Below are positions 17,628 through 27,707 of a stretch of 64,000 nt of DNA, piece after piece (position 1 is the first letter of the stretch; every line of letters begins with the position of its first letter). This stretch comes from Chloroflexota bacterium. Its GTDB lineage: Bacteria > Chloroflexota > Dehalococcoidia > UBA2247 > RBG-13-53-26. The translations under genes and the position numbers were made by a program. The notes beneath the pieces were generated by a model, which saw nothing but the letters and a program-made list of their open reading frames with translations, was not told the origin of the DNA and did no database searches. Location of the stretch: positions 23,418-87,417 of the forward strand of contig VGOM01000005.1 in the NCBI GenBank assembly GCA_016875915.1, written 5' to 3'.

Positions 17628-19238
17628 ATGAGCAAGGCCCATCTGAATCAGGTTATCGCGTCGCACCTGGCGGAGATCAAGGCAGAGGAAGACCCGGGCA
17701 GGGTGATCTACATCTTCGAGAAGGGCGACCTCGGCGAGGACGCGGTCACCTACGAGGCCCTCTATGCCAACTCGAACAAGATAGCGCGATTCCTTCTGGA
17801 CCGCGGCATTGGCAAGGGCGATACATACGCCGTGTTCATGAGAAACCATCCGGAGTTCGTGTACTCCCTGCTGGCCGGGCCGACCATAGGAGCGGTGATG
17901 GTGCCCATAGACCCGCGGTCGAGGGGCGACCGGCTGAGGTTTCTGCTCCGGGACTGCGGGGCCAAGGCGGTGGTGGTTTCGGGCGAGTGCCTGGGGCAGC
18001 TTGAGGAGGTGGTCAAGGATGTGCCTTACCTGAAGCTGATCTCCGTTGCCCACAGGCCGGAACAGGGTATCCCGGTGACCGGGAAGCACCACGTGTTGAA
18101 CGAAGTCCTGGAGAAGACCTCGTGGAACGCCGTGGAGCAGCAGATAATGGACGTCCGCCATCCGATGCAGATCATCTATACCTCGGGGACAACAGGGGAC
18201 CCCAAGGGCGTGGCCATACGGAACAACAGGACGGGACTGTTCAACATCCTGACCAAGATCGTCTGGAAGTACGACAACAGCGACGTCCTGTACAACGGGC
18301 TGTCGCTGACACACGGCAATGCTCAGACGGTGACCCTGTTCCCGGCTTTCGCCATGGGGATCAAGGCGGTGTTCAGCGCCCGGTTTACCAAGACCAGGAT
18401 ATGGGGCATATGTCGGAAGTACGGTTGCACCTCGTTCTCTCTGCTGGGCGGGATGATGGCGGGGATATACAACGAACCGGAGAGGCCGGATGACGGGGAC
18501 AACCCGGTGCGGGTGGTGATCAGCGCAGGTACACCGCCGCCGCTGTGGGAGGGATTTGAGAAGCGGTTCAATGTGAAGATCCTGGAGTGGTACGGCTCCG
18601 TGGAGGGGGGGTTCGCCTACAAACCGATCGGAGATGGCCCGATAGGGTCATTCGGCAAGCCGGTGCCCGGTGTGATGGAGATGAAGGTGGTGGATGACGA
18701 GGACAGGGAGGTACCCGCGGGGCAGACCGGCGAGCTGATCTCCAGGCTGCTCCGGGGGGAGACCAAGGTGGACTACCTGGGGAAGCCGGAGGAGTCCAAG
18801 GAGAAGACCAGGGGCGGCTGGCTGAGGACGGGGGATATGGTCCATAAGGACAAGGAGGGGTGGTATTTCTTCGACTACAGGAAGGGGACGGAACTGCGCA
18901 GAGCGGGCGACTTCATTCAACCGGACTACATCGAGACGGTGATTGGAAAGCACCAGGATGTGAGCGAGGTCTGCGTCTACGGGATTCCGTCGGCCTCGGG
19001 AGCGCCGGGGGAGAGCGATCTGGTGGCGGCGGTGTCCCCGCTGGAGGGACACGCCATAGACCCCAGATCGGTCTTCGACCTGTGCAAGAAGGAGATGGCA
19101 GCCAACTACATCCCGACCTACCTTCACGTCCTGGAGGAACTGCCCAAGACGCTGACGGAGAAGCCACTGACCCGCGAGCTGAAGCAGTTGGCCGAACAGG
19201 GGGTGGGCAGAATGTACAGGTTCGAGGACTACAGGTAG
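17628..19238 (+). CDS. AMP-dependent acyl-CoA synthetase/ligase
   Basis: AMP-binding signature IIYTSGTTGDPKG, C-terminal GWLRTGD...K motif. Confidence 0.85.
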   Translation: MSKAHLNQVIASHLAEIKAEEDPGRVIYIFEKGDLGEDAVTYEALYANSNKIARFLLDRGIGKGDTYAVFMRNHPEFVYSLLAGPTIGAVMVPIDPRSRGDRLRFLLRDCGAKAVVVSGECLGQLEEVVKDVPYLKLISVAHRPEQGIPVTGKHHVLNEVLEKTSWNAVEQQIMDVRHPMQIIYTSGTTGDPKGVAIRNNRTGLFNILTKIVWKYDNSDVLYNGLSLTHGNAQTVTLFPAFAMGIKAVFSARFTKTRIWGICRKYGCTSFSLLGGMMAGIYNEPERPDDGDNPVRVVISAGTPPPLWEGFEKRFNVKILEWYGSVEGGFAYKPIGDGPIGSFGKPVPGVMEMKVVDDEDREVPAGQTGELISRLLRGETKVDYLGKPEESKEKTRGGWLRTGDMVHKDKEGWYFFDYRKGTELRRAGDFIQPDYIETVIGKHQDVSEVCVYGIPSASGAPGESDLVAAVSPLEGHAIDPRSVFDLCKKEMAANYIPTYLHVLEELPKTLTEKPLTRELKQLAEQGVGRMYRFEDYR

Positions 19239-19277
19239 ACCCCTGTGAGGGATAGCGCCGATACGGAGGTGTGGTAG

Positions 19278-20513
19278 ATGCCATACACCGAACTGAATCT
19301 CGATCTGACTGAGGAACACAGGCTCATCAAGAGGGAGGTGCATGATTTCGCCGTCGAGGTGCTCAGGCCGGCATCCCTCGAGCTGGACAAGATGTCGCCA
19401 GAGGACGTGACCAGAAAGGGCTCGCCCTACTGGCAGTGCATGGCCCAGGCATACCGGAACAACTATCACACCGTGCTCATTTCCGACGAGTACGGGGGGC
19501 TGGGGCTGGACCCGCTGGGGGTGCACATCTTCTGGGAGGAGCTGTCCTACGGCAGCGTGGGGTTTGCCGTTTCGCTGGGGTGCAGCTGCTTCTCTTCCTT
19601 CTACGCCACGCTGCTCTGCGACGACTACTTGATAGAGAAGTTCGTGTTGCCATTCGTCAACTGCAAAGATGCCAGCGTGATGAGCTGCTGGGGGATCACC
19701 GAGCCGGCCCACGGTTCGGACAACCTGATGACGGGAACCCCCTTCTTCCGCGACCCCTGCGCCTGTCAGGAGGTGAGAGCGGTGAAGAAGCGGGGGAAGT
19801 GGGTGCTCAACGGGCAGAAGTCGGCGTGGGTCTCCAATGGCCCCATTGCATCCGATGCGGCTCTGTTCGTGAACCTCGATCCGGGCATGGGTTTCGCCGG
19901 GGGGGGCATAGCCCTGGTGGACCTCAACCAGAAGGGCATTTCCAGGGGCAAGCCGCTGAACAAGATGGGACAGCGGGAGCTGCCACAGGGGGAGATCTTC
20001 TTCGATGATGCGGTGTGCCCCGACGAACACATGATCATCGACCCCGAGAGCTACGAGGCGATCACGGAACTTACCCTGGGACACGCCAATGCCACCATGG
20101 GGGCGTACTTCACGGGCGTGGCCCAGGCGGCCTACGACATGGCCATGGAGTACAGCCGGGACCGGGTGCAGGGCGGGAAACCCCTTTGCCAGCATCAAAT
20201 GGTGCAGAGCAGGCTGTTCGACATGTTCATAGCCATCGAGACGGCCAGAGCCTTCTCGCGAAGCGCCATGGTGTTCAACATGAACACCACGCCGCCCCTG
20301 GTGCAGTACTCCATTGCTTCGAAGGTGTACTGCACGGAGGCGGCCTTCAAGGTGACCAGCGAAGCGGTGCAGCTGTTCGGAGGGCACGGCCTGACCAAGG
20401 ATGCCCCTGTGGAGAAGCTGTTCAGAGACGCCAGGGCGGGGATGATCGAGGACGGATCGAACGACTCGCTATCGCTGGCCGCCGGAGAGATGCTGCTGAG
20501 GGAGGTACAGTAG
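19278..20513 (+). CDS. Acyl-CoA dehydrogenase
   Basis: ACAD three-domain architecture (411 aa), GGAGG SD; stop overlaps thiolase start. Confidence 0.8.
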   Translation: MPYTELNLDLTEEHRLIKREVHDFAVEVLRPASLELDKMSPEDVTRKGSPYWQCMAQAYRNNYHTVLISDEYGGLGLDPLGVHIFWEELSYGSVGFAVSLGCSCFSSFYATLLCDDYLIEKFVLPFVNCKDASVMSCWGITEPAHGSDNLMTGTPFFRDPCACQEVRAVKKRGKWVLNGQKSAWVSNGPIASDAALFVNLDPGMGFAGGGIALVDLNQKGISRGKPLNKMGQRELPQGEIFFDDAVCPDEHMIIDPESYEAITELTLGHANATMGAYFTGVAQAAYDMAMEYSRDRVQGGKPLCQHQMVQSRLFDMFIAIETARAFSRSAMVFNMNTTPPLVQYSIASKVYCTEAAFKVTSEAVQLFGGHGLTKDAPVEKLFRDARAGMIEDGSNDSLSLAAGEMLLREVQ

Positions 20514-21760
20514 CCATAGACAAGGCGTACATCGCTGGCGTGGGGATGATACGCTTCGGCAAGTATGCCGACAAGACGGTGCGTTCAATGGCGGAGGAGG
20601 CCATCCGGCTGGTGCTGCAGGACGCCGGATTGACGGCCGGCGACCTGCAGGCGGTGTTCTTCTCCAACACCTTCTGGGGCATGTTCTCCAATCAGCACTC
20701 CATCCGGGGGCAGGTCATCCTGCGGGGGATGAAGATCGACAAGATACCGGTGACCAATGTGGAGAACGCCTGCGCGGGAGGGGCGACGGCGCTGCACCTG
20801 GCCTACGCCAGCATACGGGCGGGCATGTTTGACGTGGCCATGGCCCTGGGCTCGGAGAAGATCAGCCATCCGGACAAGAACCTCTCGCTGGGAGCGTATG
20901 CCTCCTGCATGGATGTGGAGAACTTCCTGCAGCACATCAACATGATCATGGAAGTGAGCAAGACCTTCAAGGTGAAGATACCGGAGGACCAGACGGCTCC
21001 GGGGGAGGGCCGGAGCATCTTCATGGACGCCTACGCCACTGCGGCGCGGTGGCATATGGACCGGTTCGGGTCGACCCAGGATCAACTGGCGGTAGTCTGC
21101 TCCAAGAACCACTGGCACGGGTCTCTGAACCCGCTTTCTCAGTATCAGAATCCCATGACGGTCGAGGAGATACTGGCGGACAAGGCCATCGCCTATCCGC
21201 TGACCCGGGCGATGTGCGCGCCGGTGGGGGACGGGGCGGCGGCAGCCATAGTCTGCTCGGAGCGATTCCTCAAGAGGCTGAGCAGTCCCCGGCCGGTGAG
21301 GATACTGGCGTCGGTGCTGGGTCAGGGGGCAGACCGGGGACTGGACGACACCGACATCGGCGAGAGGCTGTCCAGGCAGGCCTATGAGATCGCCGGGCTG
21401 GGGCCGAAGGACATCGACACCGCAGAGTTGCATGACGCAACTGCTTTCGGGGAGCTGCATCAGACCGAGGCCATGGGATTCTGCCCGCTGGGGGAGGGCG
21501 GCCCCTACGCCTTGACTGGGGCGACGAAGCTGGGCGGGGCCAAGCCGATCAACACCAGCGGGGGGCTGGAATGCAGAGGGCATCCCATAGGGGCTTCGGG
21601 GCTGGCCCAGATCTATGAACTGGTGACGCAGCTCCGGGGTGAGGCCGGGGTCCGCCAGGTGGACGGGGCACGGATAGCGCTGGCGGAGAACGGGGGCGGC
21701 AATATCGGAGTGGAAGAGGCCGCCATGTGTATCCACGTGCTCGAAAAGAGCGGCCGGTAG
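20510..21760 (+). CDS. SCPx-type (lipid-transfer-protein, Ltp-like) thiolase
   Basis: Thiolase fold with NVENACAGGATAL active-site Cys and C-terminal GGG...NTSGGL; GTG start overlapping ACAD stop (GTGA... coupling). Confidence 0.75.
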   Translation, partial: VAIDKAYIAGVGMIRFGKYADKTVRSMAEEAIRLVLQDAGLTAGDLQAVFFSNTFWGMFSNQHSIRGQVILRGMKIDKIPVTNVENACAGGATALHLAYASIRAGMFDVAMALGSEKISHPDKNLSLGAYASCMDVENFLQHINMIMEVSKTFKVKIPEDQTAPGEGRSIFMDAYATAARWHMDRFGSTQDQLAVVCSKNHWHGSLNPLSQYQNPMTVEEILADKAIAYPLTRAMCAPVGDGAAAAIVCSERFLKRLSSPRPVRILASVLGQGADRGLDDTDIGERLSRQAYEIAGLGPKDIDTAELHDATAFGELHQTEAMGFCPLGEGGPYALTGATKLGGAKPINTSGGLECRGHPIGASGLAQIYELVTQLRGEAGVRQVDGARIALAENGGGNIGVEEAAMCIHVLEKSGR

Positions 21761-21867
21761 CACGCCGGAACGGGAGCCGCTGCCGGCACCCGGGCTCTGC
21801 GCCCACCGGGCAGAGAGGCTGAGGGGATGCCCTCCACGGAGATCTACCCAGTTCACCAATCCGGAGG

Positions 21868-22689
21868 TTGAGGGAATTGGCCAAGTACGACCTCACGGGG
21901 AGAACCGTGCTGATCACGGGCGCCTCAAGCGGCATAGGCAGGGAGCTGTCGAGGTGCTTTGCGGCCGAGGGCAGCAATCTGGTGCTGGGATGTCATCCAT
22001 CCGAGAAGGAGTCCCTGGAAGGGTTGATCGCTGAGCTGGCAGGCAGCCACGGGGTGAGGGTGTCAGGCTTGGCCATCGACCTTGCAGACAGCAGAGGACC
22101 GGAGGACTTCTACCATTCGGTCAGGCGGACTGCAGGCAGGATAGACGTGCTGGTCAACAATGCCGGAGTCCTGCACTACGGGTCTTTCGCGGACATACCT
22201 CTGGAGGATCACGAGCTGCTGGTCAAGCTGAATGTATTGGCATACTTGAAACTGATGCGGCTCTTCCTGGCGGACATGGTCAAGGCCGGGGAGGGCAGGA
22301 TACTCAACGTGGTGTCCGCGGCAGCCTTCCAGCCCACGGTGCACCATGCCACTTACGGGGCTTCCAAGGCATTCATGCAGAGTCTGAGCGAAGCGGTTGA
22401 CCAAGAGCTGAGAGGGACTGGTGTCAGGGTGTTCACCTTCAACCCTTCCTACACCAGGACGCCCCTCCTCAGCCGGGGAGGGTTTCCGGTCAAGATCTGG
22501 TGGTACAGGATCAGCGGTCTGAGCGATCCGGCCGACATGGCGCGACAGGCAGTGAGGGTCTTCAAGCAGGGAAAGCCGGTGTTCATCCCGGGGCTGAGGA
22601 ACTGGCTGGTGCATTCGATTCTGATCAGGCTGATGCCCAGAAGCCTGCTGAACGCCCTGGGCCGATGGGTATTGCGGGCCGAGGGCTGA
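21868..22689 (+). CDS. Short-chain dehydrogenase/reductase (SDR)
   Basis: TGASSGIG cofactor motif, YGASK catalytic motif; TTG start (alternative TTG at 21877). Confidence 0.8.
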   Translation: MRELAKYDLTGRTVLITGASSGIGRELSRCFAAEGSNLVLGCHPSEKESLEGLIAELAGSHGVRVSGLAIDLADSRGPEDFYHSVRRTAGRIDVLVNNAGVLHYGSFADIPLEDHELLVKLNVLAYLKLMRLFLADMVKAGEGRILNVVSAAAFQPTVHHATYGASKAFMQSLSEAVDQELRGTGVRVFTFNPSYTRTPLLSRGGFPVKIWWYRISGLSDPADMARQAVRVFKQGKPVFIPGLRNWLVHSILIRLMPRSLLNALGRWVLRAEG

Positions 22690-22715
22690 GATGGCCGCCC
22701 GGGTGCCCCCCGTCT

Positions 22716-23516
22716 TCAGCGGGTCTCGCCACGGAGGTCGTCCAGTTTCATGAAGCCGAAAGGCGCAAACTGGGCAGCGTCTGTTTCGGCCACGACGCTG
22801 CCGGGCAGCATGGAGTTGTCGCCCACAGTACGGACAGCGCCGAGGACGCGGACCACCTCGACGTCAGCCCAGGGATCGTGAGGCGAGGATTGCAGCTTCA
22901 GCGTGGCCTCGCCGAACTCCACGAGGCGGTGATTCATCCTGACTATCTCTCTGACTAGGCGTGGGTTGTAGTCGAAACCATTCCCTTGAGGGGCAGGGAA
23001 GTACTTGAAGTTGTAGACCAGTACATCGCTGGGAGACTGGAAACTCTGGGCGATGATGGTCTGGGCCATCTCGTCATTGCACTTGCCGGTGAGCTTGGCC
23101 TTGATCTCCAGGAAGCGCACCCCGTGTCTGGCCGTCCACCCTTCGATGCCCTTCCCTCGGCGGACTAGGTGAATATCGGCCATCTTCTTGGGGTAACCGT
23201 AGATCTCCCGGCCCAAGATGAGAGCGATGTCGTTGGTTACAGGCATGGACAGACAGTAGGAACCCTCCTCGCCGCCGAATTCGGCGCGCAGGAAGAGGGC
23301 GCTCTCCCTATAGGTAACGCCGAAATTGGTGCGGGGGTAGTTGGCCACAAAGACAAACCCGATGGGCAGCGCAGCCGGCTTGAGGGGTGGAGGGAGCAGG
23401 GCGTTCAGCGTCTTGGGCGTGGTCTCGAAGAAGACGGTGAGCATCTCCGCATCATGGAAGTCTCCGGTCTTCCAGGCGCCGGCGGCAAGTTCCTGTGCTG
23501 ACTTGACGAATCCCAT
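22716..23516 (-). CDS. Acetoacetate decarboxylase (ADC) family protein (possible hydratase-aldolase)
   Basis: ADC-fold hallmarks (ALFLRAEF, YGYPKK, beta-cone length ~266 aa); GGAGG SD before ATG 23516. Confidence 0.6.
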   Translation of the reverse strand: MGFVKSAQELAAGAWKTGDFHDAEMLTVFFETTPKTLNALLPPPLKPAALPIGFVFVANYPRTNFGVTYRESALFLRAEFGGEEGSYCLSMPVTNDIALILGREIYGYPKKMADIHLVRRGKGIEGWTARHGVRFLEIKAKLTGKCNDEMAQTIIAQSFQSPSDVLVYNFKYFPAPQGNGFDYNPRLVREIVRMNHRLVEFGEATLKLQSSPHDPWADVEVVRVLGAVRTVGDNSMLPGSVVAETDAAQFAPFGFMKLDDLRGETR

Positions 23517-23718
23517 AGCCAACCTCCCTAGCGGAATAGTCTCGACTGGAGCACCCAAGGTGTGCGAATCACAGCGGCCGACTGCACCCGGGACAGACCG
23601 TCCCGATTAGATCACACCAGTTGGCGGCAGTCAATGGGCGTGCGGCTGGCAGCAGCGTTCTGGCGCGGAGTCGGGACGGCCGGGTATACTGGTTCGTATC
23701 GCATCCTATGGGGGGACG

Positions 23719-24558
23719 ATGGGTCTGATGCCGACGCTGTATGTTGTAGCCACGCCCATCGGCAATCTGGAGGACACCACCCTTCGGGCGATACGGGTAC
23801 TGGGGGAGGTGGGGCTGATCGCGGCCGAGGACACCCGGAGGACCAGGATCCTGCTCAACGCCCACGGGATCAAGACCCCGCTGACCAGCTACCATGAGCA
23901 CAATAAGATAGTCAAGCTGGGCTATCTTCTGGACTGCCTGCAGACCGGGGATGTGGCCCTGGTCTCGGAAGCGGGCACCCCCGGGCTGAGCGATCCGGGG
24001 TACGAGCTGATCGTGGCGGCGGCAGAACAGGGGATCAGGGTGGTGCCCATCCCCGGCCCGTCGGCGGTGGCTACCGCCCTGTCGGCCGCAGCGCTGCCCA
24101 TGGGCCGGTTCACCTTCGTGGGCTTCCTGCCCAAGAAGAAGACAGAGAGGGTGCGGCTGCTGCAGTCAATAGCCCGGGAGACGGGAAGCATCATGGCCTT
24201 CGAATCGCCCCACCGTCTGGCGGCCTCGCTGGCCGACATCCTCGAGGTCCTGGGCAACCGGCGGATTGCCGTAGCCCGTGAACTGACCAAGGTCCACGAG
24301 GAGATCTTCCGGGGCACGGTACAGGAGGCCTTGGAGCACTTCCGGCAGCCCAGGGGGGAGTTCACCCTGATCGTCGCGGGCGGCGGGCAGGCAGAAAGCC
24401 CGACGCCGACTGCTGCCGTGGAGGACGAACTGCGCTCCCTGTTGAAGCAGGGGGTGGCGGCCAGGGCGGCGGTGGCAAAGGTCTCCGCCATCTCGGGAGC
24501 GCCCCGGAAAGAGCTGTACCGCCTCTGCCTGAAGCTGAAGCGCGAAGAGGGATTGTGA
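23719..24558 (+). CDS. rsmI: 16S rRNA (cytidine1402-2'-O)-methyltransferase RsmI
   Basis: LYVVATPIGNLEDTTLRAIRVL tetrapyrrole-methylase-like N-terminus typical of RsmI. Confidence 0.85.
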   Translation: MGLMPTLYVVATPIGNLEDTTLRAIRVLGEVGLIAAEDTRRTRILLNAHGIKTPLTSYHEHNKIVKLGYLLDCLQTGDVALVSEAGTPGLSDPGYELIVAAAEQGIRVVPIPGPSAVATALSAAALPMGRFTFVGFLPKKKTERVRLLQSIARETGSIMAFESPHRLAASLADILEVLGNRRIAVARELTKVHEEIFRGTVQEALEHFRQPRGEFTLIVAGGGQAESPTPTAAVEDELRSLLKQGVAARAAVAKVSAISGAPRKELYRLCLKLKREEGL

Positions 24559-24584
24559 TAGAATACCTGGTGAGCCAGAGCTAG

Positions 24585-26252
24585 ATGGAGAGAATCCTCG
24601 TCGCCGTGGCGTGGCCCTACGCCAATGGCCCGCTGCACCTGGGGCACGTCGCCGGCGCCTACCTTCCCGCAGACATCTTCGCCCGGTATCACCGCGCCAA
24701 GGGGAACCGGGTGCTGATGGTCTCCGGCAGCGACCAGCACGGAACGCCGATAACCATCACCGCCGAGCAGGAGGGGAAGCCCCCCCAGGAGATCGCCGCC
24801 AAGTACCATGCGGGGTTCCTGGACTGCTGGCGGAGGATGGGGATCAGCTTCGACCTGTTCACCAGCACGGGCACGGCCAACCACGCCAGGGTGGTCCACG
24901 ATTTTTTTCTGAAACTCCTGGACAAGGGCTACATCTACCGGGACAAGATGCCCCTGCCCTATTGCGCCAAGTGCCAGCGGTACCTGCCCGACCGCTATGT
25001 GGAGGGGACCTGTCCCTTCTGCAGCTACGCCGAGTCAAGGGGAGACCAGTGCGACAAGTGCGGCAAGCCCCTGGGCCCGCTGGAACTGGGCAACCCGCGC
25101 TGCCGCCTCTGCGGCAGCCCGCCTCGGACCGAAGACTCGGAGCATTTCTTCCTCCGTTTGAGCGCCTTCAGGGACCAGTTGCTGGACTGGGTGCGGCAGC
25201 AGAGCGGCTGGCGGCAGAACGTGCTCAATTTCACCCAGCGCTACCTGGAGGAGGGGCTGAAGGACAGGGCCATCACCCGGGACATCGAGTGGGGCATCCC
25301 CATTCCGCAGCCGGGCTTTGAGAAGAAGCGGATCTACGTCTGGTTCGAGGCGGTCATTGGCTACCTCTCGGCCAGCAAGGAGTGGGCCGCGGCGGGCAAG
25401 AACGATGACGGCTGGGCGGACTACTGGCAGGGGGAGTCGAAGAGCTACTACTTCATCGGCAAGGACAACATCCCCTTCCACACCATGATCTGGCCGGCGA
25501 TGCTCATGGGGTACGGCGGGCTGAATCTGCCCAGCGATGTGCCGGCCAACGAGTTCCTGACCATTGAGGGCCGCAAGCTGTCCACCAGCCGCAACTGGGC
25601 GGTGTGGCTGCCGGACTACCTGGAGCGGTATGCGCCCGACCCCCTGCGGTACCTGCTGTCGGCCAACATGCCGGAGAGCGCCGACGCGGACTTCTCCTGG
25701 CGGGAGTTCGTGCGGCGGAACAACGACGAGCTGGTGGCTACCTACGGCAACCTGGTCCACCGGGTGATGACCTTCACCCACCGCCATTTCGAGGGCTGCG
25801 TGCCGCAGCCGGGCGACCTGGATGCCGCCAGCAATGCCCTGCTCCGGAAAGCCGAGTCCACCCTGGCCGCTGTGGACGAGTCCCTGGCGCACTGCCGCTT
25901 CCGGGAAGCGGTCAGGGCGGCCATGTCCCTGGCCCAGGAGACCAATCGCTATCTGGATGAGAAGTCACCCTGGAAGACGGTGAAGACGGACAGGCAGGCC
26001 TGCGCCACGGCTCTGTTCGCCTCATTCTCGGCCATCTCCTGTCTGAAGACGGTCCTGGCCCCCTTCCTGCCCTTCAGCTCCCAGAAGCTGCACGCCATGC
26101 TGGGCGGGCAGGGGGAGGTGACGGCGGAGGGGTGGGGGCTCCACGCCGTGCAGCCGGGCCAGAGGCTGGGCGCGGCGGAGACCCTGTTCACCAAGCTGGA
26201 TGAGGCGGTGGTCGCCGCAGAGAGCAGCCGTCTGGGCAATGGACAGGGCTAG
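24585..26252 (+). CDS. metG: Methionine--tRNA ligase
   Basis: HLGH (HIGH) motif, KMSTS-like KLSTS, CxxC...CxxC zinc knuckle. Confidence 0.95.
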   Translation: MERILVAVAWPYANGPLHLGHVAGAYLPADIFARYHRAKGNRVLMVSGSDQHGTPITITAEQEGKPPQEIAAKYHAGFLDCWRRMGISFDLFTSTGTANHARVVHDFFLKLLDKGYIYRDKMPLPYCAKCQRYLPDRYVEGTCPFCSYAESRGDQCDKCGKPLGPLELGNPRCRLCGSPPRTEDSEHFFLRLSAFRDQLLDWVRQQSGWRQNVLNFTQRYLEEGLKDRAITRDIEWGIPIPQPGFEKKRIYVWFEAVIGYLSASKEWAAAGKNDDGWADYWQGESKSYYFIGKDNIPFHTMIWPAMLMGYGGLNLPSDVPANEFLTIEGRKLSTSRNWAVWLPDYLERYAPDPLRYLLSANMPESADADFSWREFVRRNNDELVATYGNLVHRVMTFTHRHFEGCVPQPGDLDAASNALLRKAESTLAAVDESLAHCRFREAVRAAMSLAQETNRYLDEKSPWKTVKTDRQACATALFASFSAISCLKTVLAPFLPFSSQKLHAMLGGQGEVTAEGWGLHAVQPGQRLGAAETLFTKLDEAVVAAESSRLGNGQG

Positions 26253-26286
26253 GGGTTTGGCCTAAGATGTTACGGAGGGGACAGCC

Positions 26287-27249
26287 TTGAGCATCGCTTC
26301 GATCTGCCTTCCCGTTCAGCCCCAACTCCTCCGTGTGGAGAAGAGGCTGGAGAAGGTGGTGAAGACGGCCCCCAGCCAGATGGTAGAGCCGTTGGAGCAT
26401 GCGGTGCAGAACGGGGGCAAGCGCATCCGCCCCGCCCTGACCCTGCTGGCGGGGAAGTTCCACCGCTACGATCTGAAGCTGCTCATACCCATGGCAGCCG
26501 GGGTGGAGCTGCTGCACACGGCCACCCTTATTCACGACGACACCGTAGATGATGCTTCACTGCGCCGGGGCAAGGACAGCATCAAGCACCGCTGGGGCAA
26601 CTCCAATGCGGTGCTGCTGGGCGACTACCTCTTCGCCACCTCGGCCGGCTTCGTGGCCGAGACCAGGAACATCAGGGTGATCAAGCTCTTCGCCCAGACC
26701 CTGATGACCATCTGCACCGGGGAGATCGAGGAGTCGCTCTATGCCTTCAACAACAGCCGGGATCTCTACTTCCAGACCATCGGCAACAAGACGGCCTCCC
26801 TCTTCTCCGCGGCCAGTGAGTCCGGTGCGGTGCTCAGTGAGGCGCCGGAGGAGGCTGTCCAGGCCCTGAAGGACTACGGCTACAATCTGGGCATGAGCTT
26901 CCAGATCGTGGATGATATCCTGGACTTCGTGGGCCAGAAGGAGACCCTGGGCAAGCCGGTGACCAACGACCTGAGCCAGGGGGTGCTCACATTGCCCGTG
27001 ATCCTGCTCCTGGACAGGCCGGAGAGCAGCGAGGCGAAGAGGATCAACCGGGCCATCCAGGAGGACAAGGCGGCCGCCGCGGCGGTGATCGCCGAGGTGG
27101 TGCACGGCTCCCCGGTGCTTGAGGAATGCTACCGCGTGGCCGAGGACTTCTCGGCCCGGGCCCGCTCCGCCTTGGAGCCGCTTCCCCGGAACAAGGTCTA
27201 TCACTCCCTGGCCGAGTTGACAAAGTACGTCACCGAGCGGAAGAACTAG
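26287..27249 (+). CDS. Polyprenyl diphosphate synthase (trans-isoprenyl diphosphate synthase family)
   Basis: Two aspartate-rich motifs LIHDDTVDD and DDILD; TTG start with GGAGGGGA SD. Confidence 0.85.
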   Translation: MSIASICLPVQPQLLRVEKRLEKVVKTAPSQMVEPLEHAVQNGGKRIRPALTLLAGKFHRYDLKLLIPMAAGVELLHTATLIHDDTVDDASLRRGKDSIKHRWGNSNAVLLGDYLFATSAGFVAETRNIRVIKLFAQTLMTICTGEIEESLYAFNNSRDLYFQTIGNKTASLFSAASESGAVLSEAPEEAVQALKDYGYNLGMSFQIVDDILDFVGQKETLGKPVTNDLSQGVLTLPVILLLDRPESSEAKRINRAIQEDKAAAAAVIAEVVHGSPVLEECYRVAEDFSARARSALEPLPRNKVYHSLAELTKYVTERKN

Positions 27250-27288
27250 CCCGAAGCGCCGCTCCCGGGCAGTCAGTCCTCCAGCGTC

Positions 27289-27681
27289 TCAGTGATCCAG
27301 CGTCTCAGTGATCCAGGCAGGCGATACCTCCTTGAATCGGTCCACGGCATACTGACAGGCTTCAAGGGCCTCTTTGCGGTGGGGAGCGCCCACGGCCACA
27401 ACCAGGAGCACCTCGCCCACCCGCAGCCGGCCAATCCTCTGGATCAGGGCCACGTCCTCCAGCCGCCACCGGTCCCGGATCTCGCCGGCGATGCCGGTCA
27501 GCTCCCGCCGGGCCAGGTCGGCGGAGGCGGCCTGCAGCTCCAGCCAGCGGACCCGGCGGCCTTCCTGGGACAGGTTGCGCACCATGCCGATGTAGCTGAT
27601 CACCACGCCGTAGGCATCACGGCGGACAGCGTTGAAGGCCGTCTCGGGGAGGATGGGGGCGGCGGTGACTTCGATCAGCAA
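27289..27681 (-). CDS. moaE: Molybdopterin synthase catalytic subunit MoaE
   Basis: ~130 aa MoaE-like; 3' end contains 16-bp tandem duplication. Confidence 0.6.
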   Translation of the reverse strand: MLIEVTAAPILPETAFNAVRRDAYGVVISYIGMVRNLSQEGRRVRWLELQAASADLARRELTGIAGEIRDRWRLEDVALIQRIGRLRVGEVLLVVAVGAPHRKEALEACQYAVDRFKEVSPAWITETLDH

Positions 27682-27707
27682 GGCGGACCTGCTTCTAGGG
27701 GCCGAAC

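Noticed and set aside
16971-20387. 447-aa and 579-aa minus-strand ORFs antisense to DUF2148-like/acyl-CoA synthetase/ACAD genes
   Set aside because: His/Gly/Pro/Arg-rich antisense translations; sense-strand genes have clear family signatures
20585-21859. 424-aa minus-strand ORF antisense to the thiolase
   Set aside because: Antisense artefact
25035-25892. 285-aa minus ORF and several plus-frame ORFs within metG
   Set aside because: metG identity unambiguous (HIGH/KMSKS motifs); alternatives are off-frame
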